A stretch of DNA of 64,000 bases from an uncultured Chloroflexia bacterium (GTDB lineage: Bacteria; Chloroflexota; Limnocylindria; Limnocylindrales; CSP1-4): contig CAVVYR010000019.1 of NCBI GenBank assembly GCA_963752475.1, forward strand, positions 64,001 through 128,000, given 5' to 3'. This document shows positions 38,935 to 49,277 of the stretch, piece after piece. The position numbers and the translations under genes are program-made. The stretch's first letter is position 1, and the number at the start of each line of letters is the position of its first letter. Below the pieces are notes generated by a model, which had not been told where the DNA came from, did not search any database, and saw only the letters and a program-made list of their open reading frames with translations.

Positions 38935-40578
38935 CTAGAAGTCGACGTCTCCGGTGAAGTGGACCTTCACGCCGAGGGCGTCGAACATGGCAGCCTTGGC
39001 GGCGAGCGCCTTCCTGCCGGTCTCCATGTCCGGCGCGTACACGACCTGGATGTGGTTCGACTTGTGGCGTGCCATGAACTGGTCGCGGTTCATGCCCGGC
39101 GTGACCAGGTGCATGATCGGCCACTGTGGCGTGGTCGCCTGCCAGCGTCGCTCGGTCTCCTCGTCGGGCAGCTCGATGGCCTCGCCGAGGCCCATGTCGA
39201 CGTGCAGCTCGTCGTCCATCAGGAACACGCGGCTGTAGACGACCGGGCCGGGCTTGCTCACGCCCTTGATGGTGCCGCCGCCGAGGCGGAAGTACATCGC
39301 CGGCTGGCGCTGGCTGGTAACGCCTTCGTAGCCGCCCACGAGGTGGCTCGGCGGGACCGAACCCGAGATGAGCATGACCCACACGAAGTCGTCGCCGAAC
39401 TGCTCGCCCCAGCGCACGTCGTGCAGTGAGGTGGAGGGGTTGAGGCCCATGGCCGTCCAGACGCGGTTGGTGATGAGAGCGTCGACTCCGCAGCCCCAGT
39501 CGACCTCGTTGAAGTGAGGCAGGGGCGCGCCCGGGTAGAGCTCACGGCCATCCTCGCTGTAGGCGGGTGGACGGTCGATCTCATTGAGCAGGCCCTCGGC
39601 CAGGTCCGATGCGGGCACCAGGTCCTTGAGACCCTGCTGGTACTGGATGCCGATGCCGGCGCAGCCGAAATCGTCGGCGATGCGCAGGGCAGCGATGTAC
39701 ATCTTGCACTGCTCGAGGACCTGCTCCTCGGTAAGGTCCTCTTCCCAGTTGGGCCCATAGTCGAATGTGACGCCGCGGTCGAGGAGCCACTGGTAGACCG
39801 CTCGGGCCTCCTCGTCCTTGACCGTGGTCATGCGGTAGTAGAGCGCGGACTGACTGAGGCGCTCCTTGAAGATGCCGAGGGGGTTGATGTACTCGTCATC
39901 GAAGATGGCGTTGTACATGCCCATGCAGCCTTCGTCGAAGATGCCCATGACGGCACCGTTGCGCTGCAGCTCGGCGGCGAGGGTCTTGCCCAGGGCCGCT
40001 TCATCGGCCGGGAGGGCGACCGAGTCGAAGGCCTTGACATGGCTCGTGTCGTGAGTGGTGATGGCCCCGGTCTGGGCCCACTCCTGGACGGCCTTGCGCG
40101 CCCACTCGTCGCTGAAATCGACGCTCCAGATCGTGGAGTACTCCATGTTCGCCTTGGTCATCGAGGCGTTGATGTTGAGGAGGCCGACGAGGCCGGGCCA
40201 GGTGCCACTCCAGTTGGCGGCGGTGAGGATGGGGCCGCGCTGCGTCTTGAGGCCACTGAGGATGTGGTGGCTGTACTCCCACACGGCCTCGGCGATGATG
40301 ATCGGCGTATCAGGGTGGATGCCGGCGAAGACATCCATGCCCATGCGCTGGTTCCAGATGAACCCGTGACCTACCTCGGGGTCGTATTCGTGGCCGCGCC
40401 GCACGGTGTAGCCGACCTCGGCGAGCACGTCGGCGATCTGCTGCTCGAGCACCTGCTGCTCCGCCCAGGCCATGACGTTGGCGGTGTGGCGCAGGTCGCC
40501 GCTGGTCACAAGGACGACCTCGTTCGGCTTGGGGGGCGCCGGCTCTGCGAGGGTCGGGACCTTGTATTCGGTAGCCAT
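38935..40578 (-). CDS. L-fucose/L-arabinose isomerase-like protein
   Basis: 547 aa; WPGLVG, GCMGM, NEVD, HDVR and C-terminal SNHIQVVY resemble the FucI/AraA superfamily; near a sugar ABC operon. Confidence 0.75.
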   Translation of the reverse strand: MATEYKVPTLAEPAPPKPNEVVLVTSGDLRHTANVMAWAEQQVLEQQIADVLAEVGYTVRRGHEYDPEVGHGFIWNQRMGMDVFAGIHPDTPIIIAEAVWEYSHHILSGLKTQRGPILTAANWSGTWPGLVGLLNINASMTKANMEYSTIWSVDFSDEWARKAVQEWAQTGAITTHDTSHVKAFDSVALPADEAALGKTLAAELQRNGAVMGIFDEGCMGMYNAIFDDEYINPLGIFKERLSQSALYYRMTTVKDEEARAVYQWLLDRGVTFDYGPNWEEDLTEEQVLEQCKMYIAALRIADDFGCAGIGIQYQQGLKDLVPASDLAEGLLNEIDRPPAYSEDGRELYPGAPLPHFNEVDWGCGVDALITNRVWTAMGLNPSTSLHDVRWGEQFGDDFVWVMLISGSVPPSHLVGGYEGVTSQRQPAMYFRLGGGTIKGVSKPGPVVYSRVFLMDDELHVDMGLGEAIELPDEETERRWQATTPQWPIMHLVTPGMNRDQFMARHKSNHIQVVYAPDMETGRKALAAKAAMFDALGVKVHFTGDVDF

Positions 40579-40629
40579 TTGCTTTCGTCTCCCTTCGAAT
40601 CAGGCTCGTCAGACCATTGTGCACCCTTG

Positions 40630-40643
40630 TGTGAACGTTAGCA
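40630..40643. promoter_or_regulatory. LacI-type operator-like imperfect palindrome
   Basis: TGTGAACGTTAGCA upstream of the isomerase; similar TGTGAGCGTTACCG at 42374-42387 upstream of the SBP gene. Confidence 0.5.
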
Positions 40644-40707
40644 GTGCCGAATTGCCGGGTTCCGTGGGTTCCACATGGACCAGGCTCATCCGTCCTATCG
40701 TTGGGGC

Positions 40708-41242
40708 ATGGTTTGGCAGGTCCGACGAGCGCGTGCGGCCGACATGGAGCGCGGTCGCGGAGATCATCAACGGGCACATCGCCACCGGCTGGGCACACTT
40801 CGGCGATCGACCCCTGACCGCTTCAGAATGGGTGGCCGATTGGGAGGCGTATCAGGAGCGCTATCCCTGGCTCGTGGCCGAGCAGGACGGCGAGATTGCC
40901 GGGCTCGCCTACGGCAAGACGTTCAACCCGCGCGCAGCCTACGACTGGACGGCGGAGGTCTCGATCTACCTGCGTGACGGATTACAGGGGCAGGGAATCG
41001 GGTCGCTGCTGTACGGAGCCCTGATTCCGGCGCTCGACGCACAGGGGTACCGATGTCTGATTGCGGGCATCACGACACCCAACGATGCCTCGGTCCGGCT
41101 TCACGAGCGGTTCGGGTTCGAACACCTCGGGACACTCGAGCGGGTCGGCTACAAGATGGGAGCCTGGCGGAACGTCGGCTCGTGGCAGCGGCTCGTGGGC
41201 CTGATGGATGACCGAGCCGGCACCCATCCGGCCCGTCAGTGA
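40708..41242 (+). CDS. GNAT phosphinothricin/methionine-sulfoximine acetyltransferase-like (Pat/YncA), frameshift near 40750
   Basis: MVWQVRRARAADME in one frame, then AVAEIIN...RAAYDWTAEVSIY...GQGIG...PNDASVRLHERFGF...GYK in another. Confidence 0.8.
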
Positions 41243-41341
41243 GGTTTGGGAGGGCGGCTGAGGCGGAGGCAGCGACCGACCGCGCACGAAGTCGCCCCCA
41301 TCCCCGTCGAGGCGGGAATGGGGGCGCGGTATCGAGTCGGG

Positions 41342-42346
41342 CTACTCGGCGAAATCGCGCGACCAGAGGCTCTCCATCGAGCCCACGTTCTCCTGGGTCG
41401 CGACACGGCCGGCCACCAGGCAGCCGTCCTCGCCGCAACCGGGGTCCTCACCACTCAGGATCGCGGTCAGGACGCGCACGGCCTCCTGTGCATGGGCGAA
41501 GGCGTCGTACGTCGTGGTGACGTCGACATAGCCGTTCTCCATGGCTTCGAGGGCCTCCGGATAGAGGTCCTGTGTCGCCAGCCAGATGTGGTTCTCGTCA
41601 CCCGTCGGAGCCCACTTGCCGGCACTCTCGAGCGCGCTCTCCACGCTGTTGATGGCGAAGTCGGAGGCCACGAAGATGCAGTTCGCATCGGGATTGGCCT
41701 GCAGCGCGTTGGCCGTGCCGGAGAGGAACACCGTCGCGTCCCACTCGGTCGGGACCTGGACGATGGTCTCGTAGGCATCGGTCTCCGCGTCGACCGCGTT
41801 CCAGGCGTCGGAGCGGTTGACCGCGTTGACGTCGGTCAGCGAGCCTTGCAGCTCGATGCACTTGCCGTCCACGCCGGCCTCCGTGAGCATCTCGGCGAAG
41901 GCCTCGGCCGTGGAGATGCCCTGCGCGTAGCTGTCGCCACCGACGTGAGCTGCTGGCTGCGCCGTCGTGGCCGCTCGGTCGAACGTAACGAACGGGATAC
42001 CGGCGTCATCCGCTGCTCGGATCGAGGCGCCCATGGCGGCCGCGTCCTCTGCGCGCGCGATGATGATGTCTACGTCCTGGTTGATGAGGTCTTCGATGTT
42101 GGCCGCCTGACGCGCGGGATCACGGCCCGCAGCGTTGATGATCCACTCGAAGTCCAGGCCCGCTTCGGCGCCCTGGATCTCCGACTGCTCCTGCATGTAC
42201 GTCTCCCAGGCATAGACCAGGGACACGTCGTAGTCGTTCCACGAGAGACCGACCTTCACCGGTTGCGCATCATCCTGCGCTACCGCCGCGCCGGCAAAGA
42301 CGAGGCTGAGCGGAAGGGCCAGACCAAGTGCAAGGGTTCGCTTCAT
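41342..42346 (-). CDS. Ribose/xylose-type sugar ABC substrate-binding protein
   Basis: Signal peptide; Q...IEDLI and AGIPFVTFDR motifs. Confidence 0.9.
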   Translation of the reverse strand: MKRTLALGLALPLSLVFAGAAVAQDDAQPVKVGLSWNDYDVSLVYAWETYMQEQSEIQGAEAGLDFEWIINAAGRDPARQAANIEDLINQDVDIIIARAEDAAAMGASIRAADDAGIPFVTFDRAATTAQPAAHVGGDSYAQGISTAEAFAEMLTEAGVDGKCIELQGSLTDVNAVNRSDAWNAVDAETDAYETIVQVPTEWDATVFLSGTANALQANPDANCIFVASDFAINSVESALESAGKWAPTGDENHIWLATQDLYPEALEAMENGYVDVTTTYDAFAHAQEAVRVLTAILSGEDPGCGEDGCLVAGRVATQENVGSMESLWSRDFAE

Positions 42347-42397
42347 TGCTGATCTCCACTGCTATTGCGGGTGTGTGAGCGTTACCGTGAGCGACGT

Positions 42398-43507
42398 CTA
42401 CTGGTCGCCGGGCGTACGGGGTGGTGGCCGACTCTCCTCCTTTCCTCCTTGGGCACGGGCGTGCTCATCTTCGGGGGATCCCTTGTTGGTCGGGGCATCC
42501 TCGTCGTCGGTGTCGTAGACCTTCACCCACGTCGGGAGCCGTTGCCGTAGTGAGTCGGCGTACATGGCGATGAAGATGATGGCGCCGTTGACGAAGCGGT
42601 AGGCGTATGGGTCGACCGCGAGGTGGTTCAGGCCGTTGCGGATCATCTCGAGGATGAGCACGCCTCGCAGGACCCCGGGCAAGATGCTGCCGTCACCGCC
42701 GAAGAGGCTGATGCCACCGATGATGACCACGGACATGGCCGTGAACTCGTAGCCGCTGCCGATGCTCCGCGAGACGGCGCCGACCTGGAGCACCGTGAGG
42801 ATGCCGCCGATGGTCGCGAGGAAGGCCGAGAGGACGAAGGCCAGGAACGTCACGCGGTCCACACGCACTCCCAGTCGCGAAGCTGTTTCTGGGTCGTTGC
42901 CGATGGCCATGATCTGCCGCCCGAACTGCGTTCGAGTGATGAGCACGTGCACGAGCAGCATCAGACCCAGCGCGATGAGGATGTCGACGAAGACCGGTCC
43001 GATCTGGGTGTTGCCCAGGCGGCGCAGATCCTCGGGCAGGGCCACGTTGGTCGACTGGGTCAACTCCAGGGCCACGCCGCGGAGGGCGATCATCATGGCC
43101 ATCGTGGTGATCAACGGGTTCACCCGTAGCACGGTGATGATGAATCCGTTCAGGGCGCCGATCCCGATGCCGACCATGAGCATCACAGCCAGGGCGATCA
43201 CCGGGTGGACGTCCTCGCGCGTGATGAGCAGGGCGCCGATGGACGCCGTCAGGAAGGCGACTGAGCCGACCGAGATGTCGAGCTTGCCGGTCATCACCAC
43301 CACAGCCAGGCCGGACGCGATGACCATCATCGGGGCTGCCGCGTGCAGCAAGGCCACGAGGTTGGTCACGGCCAGGAAGCGTGGCGCTGTCAGCGAGAAG
43401 AAGACGAAGACCGCGACGAGGATGATGTTGAAGCCGTAGCGCAGCGTGAAGTCGCGCGCCCTCGCGGTCATGGGCATCGAGGACTGAGCGGCTGACATCT
43501 CAGTCAT
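42398..43507 (-). CDS. RbsC-type ABC permease
   Basis: LDISVGS, FGRQIMAIG and IIGGISLFGG motifs; start approximate. Confidence 0.92.
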   Translation of the reverse strand: MTEMSAAQSSMPMTARARDFTLRYGFNIILVAVFVFFSLTAPRFLAVTNLVALLHAAAPMMVIASGLAVVVMTGKLDISVGSVAFLTASIGALLITREDVHPVIALAVMLMVGIGIGALNGFIITVLRVNPLITTMAMMIALRGVALELTQSTNVALPEDLRRLGNTQIGPVFVDILIALGLMLLVHVLITRTQFGRQIMAIGNDPETASRLGVRVDRVTFLAFVLSAFLATIGGILTVLQVGAVSRSIGSGYEFTAMSVVIIGGISLFGGDGSILPGVLRGVLILEMIRNGLNHLAVDPYAYRFVNGAIIFIAMYADSLRQRLPTWVKVYDTDDEDAPTNKGSPEDEHARAQGGKEESRPPPRTPGDQ

Positions 43508-45035
43508 CGGCCGCAACCTCTGAACCTGTGGCCATCTCGACGCCGGCCGCCGCCGCCATCAGCTCTTCCTTGGTCGCGTCGCCACCCATCTCCTCGACGA
43601 TCCGCCCCCGGTTCATGACCAGGTAGCGATGGCACACGGCCATGATCTCTTCGATCTCGGAGAGGATGACCAGGACGCCGGCACCGGACTCGGCGAGCTC
43701 GAGGATGATCCTGCGGATCTCGGCCTTGGCGCCCACGTCGAGGCCGCGTGTGGGCTCGTCCATGATGAAGATGCGCGGGTTCACCTCGAGCCAGCGACCG
43801 ACGACGACCTTCTGCTGGTTGCCACCGCTGAGCGTCTCGACGGCTTGTCCGAGCCCGGATATCTTGATGGCCAGCCGGTCCACCAGCGCGTTGGCTTTGC
43901 GGGCCTCCTCCGCACGGTCGACGAAGCCGACGCGGCCACCGAGAGCACGCAAGTTCGCAAGCGACATGTTGCTTGCCACTGACAGCGGCTGCAGCAGGCC
44001 CTCGTTCCGTCGATCCTCGGTGAGCATGCCGATCCAGCGCTGTGCCTCGAGACCGCGGACCTCACGCAGGCCATCCCCGTAGTCGACCTTGACGGTGCCC
44101 TCCTCACGGGAGTCGAGTCCCACGATGGCGCGGGCGACCTCGGTACGTCCCGAGCCAAGCAGCCCCCAGAGTCCGAGGACCTCGCCCTGGTGCAGAGTCA
44201 GGTCGATGCCGTGGATGACCCCTACGCGGCCCATCTTCTGCACCTGCAGGAGCGGCCTGTCCGTGACGCTCTCGGGCTTCTGCCCCTCGTTGATGCGGAC
44301 GTCACCGATGATCAACCGCACGATCTCGTCCGTCGTCAGCTCGCCCATCGAGCCGCCGCCCACGGTCTGACCTCCGCGCAGCACGGTCGCGCGGTCGCAA
44401 ATCTGGAAGACCTCGTCGAGGAAGTGCGTGATGTAGATGATCGTCACCCCTTCCGCCTTGAGGCTGTGGATGACGTCGAACAGGCGCGCCTTCTCGCGGC
44501 TTGTCAGAGACGAGGTGGGTTCATCGAAGATCACGATGCCTGGGTCGCTCAGCAGTGCTCGCGCGATCTCGACCATCTGGCGGTCGCCTGTGCTGAGATA
44601 CTGGACGCGCGTGTCCGGTGTGAACTTGCAGCCGAGTCGCCGAAGGTTCTTGTCCGTCTGCTCGCGAACGACTCGGGCATCGATGAGGCCGGCCCGGGAG
44701 GGGAAGTCCCCGATGTGCATGTTCTCGGCGACCGTCAGCGTTGGCAGCATCGCCATCTCCTGATGGACGAAGGCGATGCCCTGCGCGGTGGCGTCCAACG
44801 GGGAGTGGATGTCAACCGCCTGGCTGTCGATGTGAATCGATCCGGAGTCGGGCCGGATGACGCCGCCGAGCACGTTCATCAGGGTGGACTTCCCAGCGCC
44901 GTTCGCGCCGACCAGGGCGTGCACTTCCCCGGCCCAGGCGTCGAAGGAGACACCGTCGAGTGCGACCACGCCCGGGAAAACCTTGCCGATGTCGATCATC
45001 CGCAGGTACGGAGCCGTGCCGCTCGTGTTCGTCAT
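43500..45035 (-). CDS. RbsA/MglA-type double-domain sugar ABC ATPase
   Basis: GANGAGKST, DEPT and LSGGNQQKVV motifs. Confidence 0.95.
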   Translation of the reverse strand: MTNTSGTAPYLRMIDIGKVFPGVVALDGVSFDAWAGEVHALVGANGAGKSTLMNVLGGVIRPDSGSIHIDSQAVDIHSPLDATAQGIAFVHQEMAMLPTLTVAENMHIGDFPSRAGLIDARVVREQTDKNLRRLGCKFTPDTRVQYLSTGDRQMVEIARALLSDPGIVIFDEPTSSLTSREKARLFDVIHSLKAEGVTIIYITHFLDEVFQICDRATVLRGGQTVGGGSMGELTTDEIVRLIIGDVRINEGQKPESVTDRPLLQVQKMGRVGVIHGIDLTLHQGEVLGLWGLLGSGRTEVARAIVGLDSREEGTVKVDYGDGLREVRGLEAQRWIGMLTEDRRNEGLLQPLSVASNMSLANLRALGGRVGFVDRAEEARKANALVDRLAIKISGLGQAVETLSGGNQQKVVVGRWLEVNPRIFIMDEPTRGLDVGAKAEIRRIILELAESGAGVLVILSEIEEIMAVCHRYLVMNRGRIVEEMGGDATKEELMAAAAGVEMATGSEVAADD

Positions 45036-45043
45036 GCTCCCTC

Positions 45044-46039
45044 CTACTTCCGCCTGCGCAGGGAGTCGATGGCCACGAAGCCGACGATGACGAAGCCCTT
45101 CACGATGAGGCTCGTGAAGTACGACACCTGCATCATGTTCATGCTGTTCGAGATGACCGTGATGAAGATGGCACCGAAGACCGCACCCAGCGGGCCGCCA
45201 ACGCCGCCGTAGATGCTCACGCCGCCGACCACGGCGGAGGCGACGACGTCGAGCACGATGGCGTCCGTGCCCATGTTTGCCGAGGCCGATCCCAGCCGGG
45301 CCGTGAGCACGATGGCCGTCAGTCCGGCGAGGAAGCCAGAGACGACGTAGGCGCTGAAGATGACGCGCGACGTGGGCACGCCCGACACCCGAGCCGTCTT
45401 GGCGTTGATGCCAACCGCGTAGACCCAACGCCCGTAGATGTGCCGGCGCATGATGACGGTGGCGATGAGCGTGACGACGCCGGCGAGGATGACCGCGTGC
45501 TGGATGCCGAAGGCGCGGTCGAGGATCAGGTCGTAGAAGGCCTCGTTGGTGACAGGGATGCTCACTGAGTTGGTGATGGCCACCGCCGCTCCGGTGGCGA
45601 TGGTCATCATCGCCAGCGTCACGACGAATGGGATCATCCGCAGGTACGCGACCGAGAACCCGTTCACCGAACCGAGCCCTGCGCCGACGAGCAGCATGAC
45701 CAGCCCAGCGAGCGGGATGGAGCCGGTGTCACGCAAGACCATCGCGCCCAGGATGGCGGAGACGCTCATCACTGCCGGGATCGAGAGGTCGATGCCACCG
45801 GTGATCATGACGATGGCCATGCCGATGGCCATCAGCGCCAGGGGCGCCGCCTGCACCAGAACGTTACCGATGTTGCGCGAGGTGAAGAAGTTCGGCACGA
45901 ATGCCGCGAGCAGGATCAGGACCACGACCAGGATGATCGGCGCGAGGTTGTCCAGGACCAACTTGCCAACGGAGAGGTGCGTGCCGGATTGCGCTTCGGA
46001 TGGAGAAGGGCCCGATGGGACGGAGGGCGTGGGCGTCAC
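45044..46039 (-). CDS. RbsC-type ABC permease
   Basis: GGIDLS, YGRWVYAVG and VVGGVSIYGG motifs. Confidence 0.92.
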   Translation of the reverse strand: MTPTPSVPSGPSPSEAQSGTHLSVGKLVLDNLAPIILVVVLILLAAFVPNFFTSRNIGNVLVQAAPLALMAIGMAIVMITGGIDLSIPAVMSVSAILGAMVLRDTGSIPLAGLVMLLVGAGLGSVNGFSVAYLRMIPFVVTLAMMTIATGAAVAITNSVSIPVTNEAFYDLILDRAFGIQHAVILAGVVTLIATVIMRRHIYGRWVYAVGINAKTARVSGVPTSRVIFSAYVVSGFLAGLTAIVLTARLGSASANMGTDAIVLDVVASAVVGGVSIYGGVGGPLGAVFGAIFITVISNSMNMMQVSYFTSLIVKGFVIVGFVAIDSLRRRK

Positions 46040-46868
46040 TGCGCTAGCCCGCTCGGTCCCCGGTGTTCTTCACGGTCGCGACGCATGTCCGTCTTCATCA
46101 GATGATCGGCGTGCCGATGGCAGCTGCCCGCTTGCGCACGTTGTCCGGAAGCTGCGAGTCCACGATCAGCGCATCGAAGTCCTCGAGGCCAAAGACCTTC
46201 CCTACCGCAGTACGACCGAACGAGGTCGAATCCCGCCACGGCGTAGCTGTGGGTGCAGACCTCAAGGAGCTGCCGGCTGATGGCCACTTCCTCTAGCTCC
46301 GGGTGCGTCCAGCCTGCCTGGACATCGACAGCCATGGCTCCGAAGAAGCCCTTGTCTACACGCAAATCCGAGATGAACTTGACCGCGTTCGCACCAGCGA
46401 ACACCTGGGTCGGCCGGAGGAGCATCCCGCCGGGCATCATCAGCACCAACTCGGCAACACTCTCGACGGCCACGCCGACGTTGAGGCACAGGGGCGCCAC
46501 GGTGAGTGCCGAGAGATGCTCGGCTCGGAGACGATCAACCACCAACTCCACGGTCGAGCCCGCGCTAAGCCCACGATGTCAACGACTTCGATGAGTGCAG
46601 CAGCCTTCTGGGCGATCTCGTTCTTCGCCTGCAGATTGGTCAACCGCTTCGTCGCGAGGTCGCGGTTCGAGGAGACGGGGCGCGCCTGCTCGCCCAAGAC
46701 CGCCCCACCGTGGACCAGTCGGATCCCACCCCGGTCGGCGCAGACACGAAGACCGTGCCGGATGGTGATCGGGTTGACCGCGAGCTGCTCCGCGAGCCAC
46801 GTGGTCCGGACGCTTCCGCGCGCGGTGACCAGCTCAAGGATGTGGGCACGTCGATCTGTCGGCAGCAT
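46036..46868 (-). pseudogene. DeoR/GlpR-family regulator with multiple frameshifts
   Basis: MLPTDRRAHIL...VNPITIR...VHGGA HTH and AKNEIAQKAA, then the sensor domain in other frames (GST, PGG.L, DKGFFG). Confidence 0.75.
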
Positions 46869-47090
46869 CTGGCCACCTGTGGTGAGCAGTCGCGTGGAAC
46901 CCTGACTCGACATATTCGGTCGACTCCAGCCTGTCGGAGGCGCGGACGGTCAACAACTTACTTCGAGAGTGAACGTCGTGCAGCTCGATTGTGCAATCTC
47001 GCTCACGCTCGGGATGTCACTCACGAACGTGAGACGGTGCTCATTGCGCTCGTCAGGACGATGAGCCGCTCGGCGGTGACAGGTGAGCGC

Positions 47091-47140
47091 GCATGGCGCA
47101 ACGTCGGTTCGTGGCAGCGGCTGGTGGTCCCATGGATGAC
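47091..47140 (+). repeat. Degenerate ~50-bp direct repeat of the 3' end of the GNAT gene (41162-41212)
   Basis: Both copies encode AWRNVGSWQRLV. Confidence 0.8.
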
Positions 47141-47228
47141 TCGGGGTCAGCGGCGGTATCGCCTGTCGGCGAGGTGTCGTCGGGCGACCGAGGCGTTGCA
47201 GAGGCCGCGGTGCGGTATGGTGGCGCGC

Positions 47229-47774
47229 ATGCCCGACTACACCATCCGCATGGCCGAGCAGGCCGACCTCGAACAGTTCGCCGAGATCGTCAACCACTAC
47301 ATCGAGACGAGCTCGATCAACTTCCACGATCGCCCTCAGTCGGAAGAGGACTGGGAGGCGACCTGGGAGGTGCTCCACGAACGCTACCCGTTCGTCGTGG
47401 CCGAGAGCGAGGGCGTCATCGGCGGTATCGCCTACGCCACACCCTGGAAGCTCCGCGGGGCCTACAACTGGACTTGCGAGGTGACCGTCTATATCCGAGC
47501 CGGGCACGAGCGGCAGGGCTTGGGCAAGGCGCTCTCGCAGCGGATGCTGGACATCCTCGAGGCGCAGGGTTACCGGGCCATCGTGGCCGTCATCGCGCTT
47601 CCCAACGAGGCCTCGGTGGCGCTCCACAAGGCGCTCGGCTACCAGCACAAGGGCACGCTGGAGAACCTCGGGTACAAGCAGGGCCATTGGCGCGACGTGA
47701 GCTTCTGGGAGCTGCAGATCGGTGAGGTCGGCATCACGCCCACGGACATCAAGCCCGTCAGCGAGATCGCCTAG
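47229..47774 (+). CDS. GNAT Pat/YncA-like acetyltransferase
   Basis: RGAYNWTCEVTVY, RQGLGKAL and PNEASVALHKALGY motifs. Confidence 0.9.
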   Translation: MPDYTIRMAEQADLEQFAEIVNHYIETSSINFHDRPQSEEDWEATWEVLHERYPFVVAESEGVIGGIAYATPWKLRGAYNWTCEVTVYIRAGHERQGLGKALSQRMLDILEAQGYRAIVAVIALPNEASVALHKALGYQHKGTLENLGYKQGHWRDVSFWELQIGEVGITPTDIKPVSEIA

Positions 47775-47843
47775 TCGCAGCGGGCCAGGCTCGGTCCTGG
47801 CCGACCGCCACTGGCCACGCAAGAACGTCGAACCGGCGAGCGG

Positions 47844-49277
47844 CTACTCCTCCTGCGCGCCGTCCTCGCAGATCTCGTTGGAGTCGTCGATCTCAGGCGT
47901 CGCGTCTTCCGCGACCCAGAGGTTCTCTCCGTTCTCGCAGGACACGTTGCCGGTCAGCACGGGAGAGGCCTCGCCACTGATCGCGATACCTCGTTCGCCG
48001 GCGCCGGTGACCTCGTTGCCGTCGAGCACCATCGAACCGCTCGCGACGAGGATGCCGGCCCGTCCACCGCTGACGGTGTTGCCGCTGACCGTGTCCGCAC
48101 CGCCTCTGAGGCTGAGTCCCAGCGGGTTGTCGACCAGGGTGTTGTCCTCGATCGTGCCCGAGACCCCACCCCAGGAGATGCCGACCCCGTTGCCGCTGAG
48201 CGTGTTGCTCACGATCCGTGGCGCTCCACCCTCCGTGACGGAGATGCCTGATGTGCTGGCACCCTCGATGGTGTTGTTCCTGACCGTTGGCTCGAAGCCC
48301 TCCGCGCCGGTGTTCCGCCCGATCCGGATGCCGAGCGAGCCGGGGTCCGAGATGCGGTTGCCCTCGATGAGGATGGGTCCCGGGCCGGAGATAGCGATGG
48401 CTCGGCTGAGAGTGCCGCTGATGTCGTTGTCGCGCACGACGGTGTCAGGGCCTGGCTCCCTCAGGAAGATATGCGGCCCATCCACCAGGCGGTTGCCCTC
48501 GATGGTCGGGCTTGCCTCGCCGAACACGGAGAACTCGCCACCCGCACGGATCTCGTTGTCCAGGACGGACGCGGTCGAACCATGCGTCACGGCGACCGAA
48601 GTGCCAGACAAGCTGGACCCGTCGAACGGCAAGCCGATCGAAGCGATGATGTTGCCTCGGATGGTGGGTGAGCCACCGCTCGCGATGATGGCTGATCCAT
48701 CGCCCTGGACGGTCAGACCAGCGATGGTGGCTGCGGTGTCCGTCAGCAGGAACGCATACGGCTCGTCCCCGTAGATCGTGCTCGTGGTGAACGTGGGGCC
48801 GTCCATCGGCGCCGTGATGACGATCTCGGTGGTCGGCCCGTCGCCACGGACGATGATGTCCTTGTCGATCTCGATGGCCTCGGTGTACGTGCCGGGCCTG
48901 ACCAGGATGGTGTCGCCATCGTCCGCTGCCTCGACAGCTTCGGTGATGGTCTCGAAGGTGCCTGATCCATCCTGGGCGACGATGATCTCGCCATCGGAGG
49001 CGAGCAGTCGTTGACCGGCAACGCCAGCCACGGCCAGGGCCACGGCCAACAGGAGGGTAGTGGCAAGGATGGCGGCCACTCGGGCGGTCGGTGATCCGAC
49101 CGCGACGCGGGAATCGGTGTGCATGGTGGGCTCCTTGATGAGCGCGAGCCAACGCGGGTATTGCCGGGTGCGGCGCGCATTGAACTCGAACGTGTGAAGC
49201 AGGTGGTTCGGCGGGGACATCGGAGCGCCGTCGTCGAGCGCTTCGCGGATGTCGTGCTCGAGACGCTGGACGTTCAT
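47844..49277 (-). CDS. Putative anti-sigma/partner protein 3 with a right-handed parallel beta-helix ectodomain
   Basis: ATGA overlap with the ECF stop; TRQYPRW; one TM; VAQDGSGTF.TI..A, GDTILVRPGTY and repeated PTI.GN.I units. Confidence 0.75.
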   Translation of the reverse strand: MNVQRLEHDIREALDDGAPMSPPNHLLHTFEFNARRTRQYPRWLALIKEPTMHTDSRVAVGSPTARVAAILATTLLLAVALAVAGVAGQRLLASDGEIIVAQDGSGTFETITEAVEAADDGDTILVRPGTYTEAIEIDKDIIVRGDGPTTEIVITAPMDGPTFTTSTIYGDEPYAFLLTDTAATIAGLTVQGDGSAIIASGGSPTIRGNIIASIGLPFDGSSLSGTSVAVTHGSTASVLDNEIRAGGEFSVFGEASPTIEGNRLVDGPHIFLREPGPDTVVRDNDISGTLSRAIAISGPGPILIEGNRISDPGSLGIRIGRNTGAEGFEPTVRNNTIEGASTSGISVTEGGAPRIVSNTLSGNGVGISWGGVSGTIEDNTLVDNPLGLSLRGGADTVSGNTVSGGRAGILVASGSMVLDGNEVTGAGERGIAISGEASPVLTGNVSCENGENLWVAEDATPEIDDSNEICEDGAQEE

